DNA from: an uncultured Bacillota bacterium
GTDB taxonomy: Bacteria; Bacillota; DTU025; MWDF01
Reading direction: 5' to 3'
DNA length: 64,000 nucleotides
Assembly: GCA_963823655.1 (NCBI GenBank)
Contig: CAWGMK010000013.1
Coordinates: 448,001 to 512,000, forward strand
Position numbers and translations under genes: made by a program. This document shows, piece after piece, positions 55,210-64,000 of this stretch. The notes under the pieces were generated by a model, which saw only the letters and a program-made list of their open reading frames with translations, was not told the origin of the DNA and searched no databases. Positions within the stretch are counted from its first letter, which is position 1. Each line of letters begins with the position of its first letter.

Positions 55210-55944
55210 TTAATCGCCCGTCCTGACCCTCCGATTCGAGGCGAGCAGCCTTCGAGACCTCCAATCCGGCATGTTCGCCGTCAAGAAAGCCTTAAACCCG
55301 GCCTGGTGGTCCGGATGTTCAAGGTGCGCAAGTTCGTGCATTACTATGTAGTCGATGAACTCGGGCCTTTCGGCAAAGAGCCGCAGGCTAAGAGTTATGC
55401 GCTTCTTCCTTATGTTGCAGCTGCCCCATGTGGCGCGCATGTCCCTGATCGCAAGCTCCGGCTTTCCATGCCCGAGCGCCGCAAGGATCGGGTAGTGCAT
55501 GTCAAGGGATTGCTCGAAATACCTTAGGGCTTCTTTCCTAAGCCATCTTTGCAGCCGCCTTGAAAGCATGGCATCGTCCGCCTGGTCCGCTGTGCAAATG
55601 GCGATCTTACCGCCTTCCATTGCAATAGATTCGATCCTGCCTGCCCGGACTTGGACTTCGGCATCTTTCCCCAGCAACCTGACCGATTGAGGAAGCTCCT
55701 CGGAGTCCTTTCCGCTTTGCCTCCTGCTTCTCTGCTCATCCATCCTCTGGACTGCAAGAGCCAGCCAACCGGCCCTCTGGTCCAGGAACGCCTGGATCAG
55801 AGGCTCCGGGGTCCCGTATGGCACCGAAAGCCTTATTTGGCCGTTAAGCAGCACCCTTAGGCGGAGCGATGTTATCTTCTTGCTTGTACACTCCACCAGG
55901 AAAGCCTTGCCGGCGCAGGAAACGCGGTAGTTCTTAACCCTCAT
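55210..55944 (-). CDS. M48/DUF45 (YgjP-like) zinc metalloprotein
   Basis: WGSC, YIVMHELAH..H..H. Confidence 0.85.
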   Translation of the reverse strand: MRVKNYRVSCAGKAFLVECTSKKITSLRLRVLLNGQIRLSVPYGTPEPLIQAFLDQRAGWLALAVQRMDEQRSRRQSGKDSEELPQSVRLLGKDAEVQVRAGRIESIAMEGGKIAICTADQADDAMLSRRLQRWLRKEALRYFEQSLDMHYPILAALGHGKPELAIRDMRATWGSCNIRKKRITLSLRLFAERPEFIDYIVMHELAHLEHPDHQAGFKAFLTANMPDWRSRRLLASNRRVRTGD

Positions 55945-56023
55945 CTGGAGCTTCCCTCCGGGATTTCAAATAAGAAGCGGAAGGCCTGAGCCCCCCGCTT
56001 CTTTGCCGAATAAGATATCCTTT

Positions 56024-56914
56024 TTACCTTGACTTCGGCTTCGCTTCGCCCATAAGCCTTCTCCAGTCGTACCAGAGGGGACCGGCCACGAACAGCGATA
56101 AGTAGACGCCGACAAGAAGGCCCACAAGCAGGGACAAAGTGAAGTCCCTGATGGTTGCAGAACCGAAGATGAACAGCGCGAGCACACCGATGAGAGTCGT
56201 AATCGTTGTATGCATCGTACGGCCCAGCATCTCATTGATGCTCCTGTCCGTCATCTGCGCGAGGTCCTCTTTCTTGCTGCTCTTCAGGTTCTCCCTTATC
56301 CTGTCGAATATGATGATCGTATTGTTCACGCAGTAGCCTACCAGGGTAAGCATACCTGCTATGAAGGCCGAGTTGATCTCCTGCCTGGTCACTACGAAGG
56401 CGCCTATTGTGATGAGCACCCCCGCTACCAGAGTAAGTACGGAAACGGCGGCGAAGCGGTACTCGAACCTGAGGGCGATGTATATCAGGATGCCCAGAGA
56501 TGCGATAAGCACCAATTCTATGGCGGTCTTGGTCAGCTCGCTGCCGATTCTGGGGTCTACCTGGTCTATGCCGTGGTTTACAACGCCTTCGAAGGAAGCC
56601 TTAAGGGCATCCATGACGGCCCTCTGTCCGTCCGTATCAAGGCTGGGGACCCTCAATGTGAATTCCTTGTCCCCTACCTTCTGCACCATGGCCTTGCCCA
56701 GGCCAAGTTCAGCTGTCGCAGGCGTATCGAGAGCCGCGGTTATCTCCTCCACTGTTACGTCCCCGCCGAACTCAAGCCAGAAGAGCGTGCCGGAGGTGAA
56801 ATCTATGCCGAGGTTCATACCGGCCGTAAGTAGGCCGACTATGCCTCCAATTGCCATTATCAGGGTCAGGGCGTACCATATCTTCCTTGTCTTTACGAAA
56901 CTGAAATTTTTCAT
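56024..56914 (-). CDS. secF: Protein translocase subunit SecF
   Basis: LGIDFTSG, YIALRF, GY.VN.TIIIFDRIREN. Confidence 0.93.
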   Translation of the reverse strand: MKNFSFVKTRKIWYALTLIMAIGGIVGLLTAGMNLGIDFTSGTLFWLEFGGDVTVEEITAALDTPATAELGLGKAMVQKVGDKEFTLRVPSLDTDGQRAVMDALKASFEGVVNHGIDQVDPRIGSELTKTAIELVLIASLGILIYIALRFEYRFAAVSVLTLVAGVLITIGAFVVTRQEINSAFIAGMLTLVGYCVNNTIIIFDRIRENLKSSKKEDLAQMTDRSINEMLGRTMHTTITTLIGVLALFIFGSATIRDFTLSLLVGLLVGVYLSLFVAGPLWYDWRRLMGEAKPKSR

Positions 56915-56918
56915 GCCT

Positions 56919-58166
56919 CTACCTCCTAGCCCCGAAGAACTTGATGCCGAGGCCAGGTGTTACTACTAGCGTCAGCAGCGCCCTTGTGAGGATTACCGCA
57001 GTGAACATGCTCGCCAGGACTCCTATGATGAGGGTGACCGCAAAGCCCTGGACACGGCCCGAGCCGAAGTAGAACAGGATCGCGGCGGTGATTATCGTGG
57101 TGGCGTTGCCGTCGATGATCGCAGTCATAGCCTTATGGAAGCCGGCATCGATGGAGGCCCTTATGCTCTTTCCGGCCCTCAGCTCGTCCTTGATTCTCTC
57201 GTAGATGATGACGTTGGCGTCAACTGCCATGCCTGTCGAAAGAACGAACCCTGCAATGCCTGCGAGGCTAAGCGTACCGTTGATCGCCATGAACACGGCA
57301 AGCACGATTCCGGAATAAATCATCAGGGCAATGCCTGCCAGAAGGCCGGGCATCCTGTAGATGATGATCATATAGAGGAATATCAGCGCAAGGCCGAAAG
57401 CTCCCGCGTTAAGGCTGCTCCTGCTCATATCCGCTCCGAGCGTAGGATCCACGAAACGGGTCTCCTTATGCTCGACGGGGGCAGGCAGGACGCCGCCTCT
57501 TAGTATTGCCGAAATCGAAGTCGCGGATTCAATCGTGATATCCCCGCCGCTTATCTCGGCCTTGCCGTTGGGGATGGCACTGTTGATGACTCCGCTTACT
57601 ACTTCCTGGCCGTCCAGCTCGATGCTTATCGTCTGGCCGATGTTGTTCCTGGTTATCGTCGCAAACTTGGAGGTGTACTCCGAAGAAAGCTCAAGGTGAA
57701 CTGCCGGCTTGTTGTCATTGCTTGAGTAGCCGGGCGTCGCCTTAGAAAGGATGGTAGGCCCTGACATTATGGACTGGCCGTTCAGTTTGAACTCCAGCAA
57801 GCCCTGCTTGCCTACAACGTCGAGAGCCTGATCGAGGCTTGTGACACCGGGAAGCGATACCGTGATGCGCCTCCAGTTCTCGCCGCTCATCTTCTCGATT
57901 ATTGGTTCCACGACTCCAAGTGAGTCAATCCTCTTCTCCATTGCCGCCCTGGTGTCCTCAACTACCTGGGCGTCGATTGCGCCCGTAGCCGTGTCCTGTA
58001 CCTCAAGTACCAACATGACTCCGCCCTGGAGGTCCATGCCCAGCTTGAGCCAGCTCTTTCCGTCCGTCTCCTTCAGCCTTGCCCTCGCCTGGATGTAAAT
58101 GAAACCTCCGGTGATTGCGATTACAAGCAGGATTGCAATGGCATTGGTCAGTTTGTTACGGTTCAT
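56919..58166 (-). CDS. secD: Protein translocase subunit SecD
   Basis: LGMDLQGG, PTLG, GMAVDANVIIYERIKDE, DGN.TT. Confidence 0.93.
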   Translation of the reverse strand: MNRNKLTNAIAILLVIAITGGFIYIQARARLKETDGKSWLKLGMDLQGGVMLVLEVQDTATGAIDAQVVEDTRAAMEKRIDSLGVVEPIIEKMSGENWRRITVSLPGVTSLDQALDVVGKQGLLEFKLNGQSIMSGPTILSKATPGYSSNDNKPAVHLELSSEYTSKFATITRNNIGQTISIELDGQEVVSGVINSAIPNGKAEISGGDITIESATSISAILRGGVLPAPVEHKETRFVDPTLGADMSRSSLNAGAFGLALIFLYMIIIYRMPGLLAGIALMIYSGIVLAVFMAINGTLSLAGIAGFVLSTGMAVDANVIIYERIKDELRAGKSIRASIDAGFHKAMTAIIDGNATTIITAAILFYFGSGRVQGFAVTLIIGVLASMFTAVILTRALLTLVVTPGLGIKFFGARR

Positions 58167-58243
58167 TGGCCTACCTCATTTCAGATGAATATGCATTATG
58201 AAACTGCAAGATAGCTTTGAAAAGCGAAGTGACTGCCGAGGGC

Positions 58244-58924
58244 CTAGAGGAACTTCGACCCGTTGACTACTATCGAGAACTGGCAGCCCAGATAGGCTGC
58301 GGCCTTCCGGCTGATGGTCATCCTGGTCATGAAAAGCTCGAAATACTCCATGACGGAAGTCACTTCGTTGTCGATATTCAGGTTCAAGGTTATCCTCTTA
58401 TGTTCGCCGTCCACATCTAGAAAGGAGTTGGTGACGCTGTAGCAGACTCTGTCGTGCACATCGAACTCCGGATCGTCGCGCTTTACTTGCACGCGGGTCC
58501 TGTGCACATCGGTCTTGTCCGCTAAGATTAGCGCCGCCGAGATGTGGTTGACCACATGCCCTATCTCCTCCTCGTGGTTGCCGAGCGCCGATACAACTAT
58601 CGCGACTTCGTCCGGGTCCATCCCCATGTTAATAAGCACAGGGGCAGCAAGAGTCGCACTTAGGGTGCCGTGGTGCTCCCGATTTATGGAGTTGCCGATG
58701 TCATGTATGTAGCCTGCTATTGCGGCCAGCTGCGCGTCCCTTTCAGGGAAGCCCAGCCTCTTCATGACATTCTCGGCTATGTCGGATACTAGCTTGGCAT
58801 GCCTTAATCCGTGCTCGGTGTAGCCCATCGCCTTGATGTTCTTCGCACCGCGGTTCAGAAAGGCCATTATTATAGGGTTCTCCCTGACATCCTTCAGCAC
58901 TACCAGCTTCTTCTCCAATGCCAT
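58244..58924 (-). CDS. HD domain phosphohydrolase
   Basis: GYTEH..RH, HDIGN, ALILADKTDVHRTRV. Confidence 0.85.
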   Translation of the reverse strand: MALEKKLVVLKDVRENPIIMAFLNRGAKNIKAMGYTEHGLRHAKLVSDIAENVMKRLGFPERDAQLAAIAGYIHDIGNSINREHHGTLSATLAAPVLINMGMDPDEVAIVVSALGNHEEEIGHVVNHISAALILADKTDVHRTRVQVKRDDPEFDVHDRVCYSVTNSFLDVDGEHKRITLNLNIDNEVTSVMEYFELFMTRMTISRKAAAYLGCQFSIVVNGSKFL

Positions 58925-58988
58925 CACCCCCGCATGGTTAAGGCCGCGCCGGCTTGGAAGCAGGCGCGGCCCGCACACCTGAGCCGTA

Positions 58989-59765
58989 TTACAGATACTC
59001 TATCGCGAACTGGTCCAAAGGCCCGAAGGGCAGGAACAGTATCCAGCTGATCGTTTCGCCCTTAAGCCCCGCTATTGCCGGGTCCTTCTGCCAGAAGGGC
59101 ATTATCGCAAACGACCTGACGCCGGTTCCGGCCTTCAGCAGGCCGTCTGTTACGTTAGCGGGCACGATGGCGTAGTAACGTTTCTTAAATACGCCGTCGA
59201 TCTCCACCACCGAATAGCTCTCCTGCATGGGCATTATATACCTGTCCAGCTTGCTGTCGTTGGCGATGAAGATGTCGTATTTTATCTCGTCGCCTATCTG
59301 CAGGTAACCCAATACGCTAAGAGTCACTCCGGCTATTGTCTCGGCCTTCTTGAAAAGCCCTTTGGAATAGTTGTTGGACACCCAGTCGCTGCCGACTAGC
59401 TTGTCGTCCACTACCGCGTTCTTGCCGACTCCGATGTTCTTGACCTTGACGTACCTGGGTACAAGCCTGCCTTCTTTATTTGTGTAGTAGACTTTTACCC
59501 TTACGCCGTCGCCGAGCTGCTCGGATTCGACTTTTACGATAGCTGTGAAGCCGTCAGCGGCGCCGCTTTTAGCCTCCACGAACTCCACGAAACTTAAAGC
59601 CGCATCTGAAGAGAGCAGCTTGGCATCCGCCCAGTTGCCCTTCTGGAACGCAGTAACATATGCCGCAGCCGTTGTCTCCGCCGCGCTGTCAGCGGTTACG
59701 GCCACAAGGCTTGTTGCTGCAACCAGACACATAGCAACTGCAATAAGTAACAGTCGCTTCTTCAT
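58989..59765 (-). CDS. Hypothetical secreted protein
   Basis: GGAGG RBS; MKKRLLLIAVAMCLVAA signal peptide. Confidence 0.7.
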   Translation of the reverse strand: MKKRLLLIAVAMCLVAATSLVAVTADSAAETTAAAYVTAFQKGNWADAKLLSSDAALSFVEFVEAKSGAADGFTAIVKVESEQLGDGVRVKVYYTNKEGRLVPRYVKVKNIGVGKNAVVDDKLVGSDWVSNNYSKGLFKKAETIAGVTLSVLGYLQIGDEIKYDIFIANDSKLDRYIMPMQESYSVVEIDGVFKKRYYAIVPANVTDGLLKAGTGVRSFAIMPFWQKDPAIAGLKGETISWILFLPFGPLDQFAIEYL

Positions 59766-59793
59766 AAGAGGAGCCTCCTCTTTCTTAAAAGCC

Positions 59794-60120
59794 TCAGGAC
59801 TTCTTCTCGGCCGGCTTCTCTGCAAATCCGGGCTTGCCCTCTACGGCGTTGATGCCCCATTTCTTAACGCGGCAGAGCATCTCCTGTGAGCTGTCATCCG
59901 CGATGTTGATGATGAGGTCGTCGTCCTTTACGTCCACTATGACGGCCCTGAGGCCTCCGATCGTTATAACCCTGTTGTCTTTCCTAAGCGATGCCATCAT
60001 GGCCTCGCGCTTTTTCTTCTGCTGCTGCTGGGGCCTAATCGTGAGGAAATACATCATCGCGAAAAGGGCTACGACCCAGATGATAAGGAATGCTGAGCTG
60101 CCGGATCCTGTAGTTGTCAT
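59794..60120 (-). CDS. yajC: Preprotein translocase subunit YajC
   Basis: YFLTIRPQQ...VITIGGL; follows tgt. Confidence 0.9.
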   Translation of the reverse strand: MTTTGSGSSAFLIIWVVALFAMMYFLTIRPQQQQKKKREAMMASLRKDNRVITIGGLRAVIVDVKDDDLIINIADDSSQEMLCRVKKWGINAVEGKPGFAEKPAEKKS

Positions 60121-60246
60121 TCATATACCTCCAGATTGTTATTGGTAGATTTAACTACTACATTTTACGCTACATGTGTCCTATTAACAATATTATCTGT
60201 GAAACTGCTGAAAGAGGTCGGGTTCAGGCAGCCCCTGCGCGCAATG

Positions 60247-62409
<2,163 letters not shown>

Positions 62410-62411
62410 GC

Positions 62412-63335
62412 TCAAATATCTTCCCCTCCGTCATCGTATCCGAACCTTCCCAGCTGCGTTGGATCCTGTCTCCACTTGTCGCGGACCTTCACCCACAACT
62501 GCAGGTTTACCCTGTTTCCCAGAAGCGCTTCCATGTCAAGCCTCGCCTCGGTGCCTATCTCCTTGAGCATGGAGCCCTTTGCGCCGATAATTATCCCCTT
62601 CTGGGAATCGCGCTCCACGTAAATGACGGCGGATATGTCGATGATGTCCGAGCCCCTGTTTTGCATGGACTCCACTGCTACTGCCACGGAATGGGGTATC
62701 TCATCCCTTGTAAGCCTGAAGACTTTCTCCCTTATCAGCTCCGATACGATGAACTCCTCCGGATGGTCCAGCTCCATGCCCTCAGGGTAGAAACGGGGAC
62801 CCGGCTGCATCATCGATGAGACGTCTGCGAGCAGCTTCTCAAGGCCGGCTCCGGTCTGCGCTGAGACCAGGTAATGCCTTTCGAATCCCGCAAGCCCTGA
62901 GAACCTCTGCGTAGTTGACTCATGTTCTGCGCCCTCGACAAGGTCCGATTTGTTTAGCACCAGCCACACATGCGAGCCGGATAATGCCAGCTCCTCGGAC
63001 ACATAGGCGTCCCCCTTGTGCTCGGGTATGCTTACATCCACAACGAAAAGGACCAGGTCCACATCCCTTGCCGCGCTCCTCGCCTGGCTGTTCATCCTCT
63101 TGCCAAGAAGGTGCTTGGGTTTGTGTATTCCCGGCGTATCCATGAATATGACCTGCAAGTTCGGCTTATTCAGTATTGCAGCTATCTTGTTTCTGGTCGT
63201 CTGCGGCTTATCGGACGTGATGACGACCTTGTGACCGATAAATGAGTTGATCAGCGTCGATTTGCCCACATTGGGCCTGCCGATCATGCCCACAAAACCT
63301 GAGCGGAACTGCTCAGCCGTAGTTTCCTTTTCCAT
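62412..63335 (-). CDS. era: GTPase Era
   Basis: [22 protein letters not shown] domain. Confidence 0.96.
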   Translation of the reverse strand: MEKETTAEQFRSGFVGMIGRPNVGKSTLINSFIGHKVVITSDKPQTTRNKIAAILNKPNLQVIFMDTPGIHKPKHLLGKRMNSQARSAARDVDLVLFVVDVSIPEHKGDAYVSEELALSGSHVWLVLNKSDLVEGAEHESTTQRFSGLAGFERHYLVSAQTGAGLEKLLADVSSMMQPGPRFYPEGMELDHPEEFIVSELIREKVFRLTRDEIPHSVAVAVESMQNRGSDIIDISAVIYVERDSQKGIIIGAKGSMLKEIGTEARLDMEALLGNRVNLQLWVKVRDKWRQDPTQLGRFGYDDGGEDI

Positions 63336-63342
63336 TAATGAC

Positions 63343-63747
63343 CTACCTGTCTTTCAGCCTTAGAGGGCCGAAGTGCCAGGGCAGCATCTCGTCGAGCCTG
63401 TGCGAGACGGGCTTGCCCTCCTCGTCCTCTAGGATTACCTCTAGTCCCGGGTTGAACTCCACTAGTGTCTGCCTGCATTGCCCGCAGGGCTCTGCAGGGC
63501 CGTTGCCGCTTCCGACAACGGCAATCGCCAGAAATTCCCTGACGCCCTCTGAGATCGCCTTCAACAGGGCGGTCCTTTCGGCGCATATCGTACAGCCATA
63601 TGCCGCATTCTCTACATTGCAGCCCTGCCAGACTGAGCCGTTGACGTCAATCAAGGCCGCTCCCACTTTGAAATTGGAATAAGGCGCGTAGGCCATTTCC
63701 CTGGCCTGCCTTGCCGAAACAAGCAGCTTTTCCCTGTCGATTGTCAA
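63343..63747 (-). CDS. cdd: Cytidine deaminase
   Basis: YAPYSNFKVGAA, NVENAAY, CAE, PCGQCRQ. Confidence 0.95.
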   Translation of the reverse strand: MTIDREKLLVSARQAREMAYAPYSNFKVGAALIDVNGSVWQGCNVENAAYGCTICAERTALLKAISEGVREFLAIAVVGSGNGPAEPCGQCRQTLVEFNPGLEVILEDEEGKPVSHRLDEMLPWHFGPLRLKDR

Positions 63748-63812
63748 AAGATAGCACCTCGCCCAAACCTGCCGTCTTGCGGCATGATTTATATGATGCG
63801 GCCTTTCGGCCC

Positions 63813-64000
63813 TTATTGCTCCCTTTGAAGCCCGAAGGCGGCCAGCACCGTCTCCTCGGCCAGCCTCATCTCAGCCTTATCCACCTCGTTCTCGTGGTCG
63901 TAGCCCAGCAGATGCAGCACTCCGTGCACAGAAAGGAAGGCCATTTCGCGCTCGAGAGGATGCCCGAACTCCAGGGCCTGCCTTGCGGCCGTTTCCGTCG
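63813..64000 (-). CDS. ybeY: rRNA maturation RNase YbeY (5' part outside the window)
   Basis: Minus strand reads GHPLEREMAFLSVHGVLHLLGYDHE. Confidence 0.9.
   Translation of the reverse strand, partial: TETAARQALEFGHPLEREMAFLSVHGVLHLLGYDHENEVDKAEMRLAEETVLAAFGLQREQ

Overview
Bacterial chromosomal window, most likely from an anaerobic Bacillota (Clostridia-like) organism, judging from the gene content, the PyrR attenuator, the Firmicutes-type 6S RNA and the SigA-like promoters. Bases 1 to about 36 kb are an accessory region of small metabolic, resistance-like, transport and signalling genes. Bases 36-64 kb are minus-strand core genes: ybeY-cdd-era-queA-tgt-yajC-...-secDF, recJ-rel-dtd, hisS, a PyrR-regulated pyr/car operon, 6S RNA and rarA. 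About 23 genes, including housekeeping ones, are split by small indels, which most likely reflects long-read assembly error, so their coordinates are reconstructed. The main candidate for an undescribed system is 33025-35921. It comprises a conserved hypothetical gene, an unannotated 30-codon signal-peptide-like ORF (MRKLMAIMGTILAFVLVAGANWKILPPLTK), a membrane-sensor HD-GYP phosphodiesterase and a DUF5317-like membrane protein with an LspA-like two-aspartate pattern. Together these look like a peptide pheromone system wired to cyclic-dinucleotide breakdown. I saw no CRISPR array, tRNA, rRNA or transposase. All family assignments come from motif recognition by eye; no database search was run.
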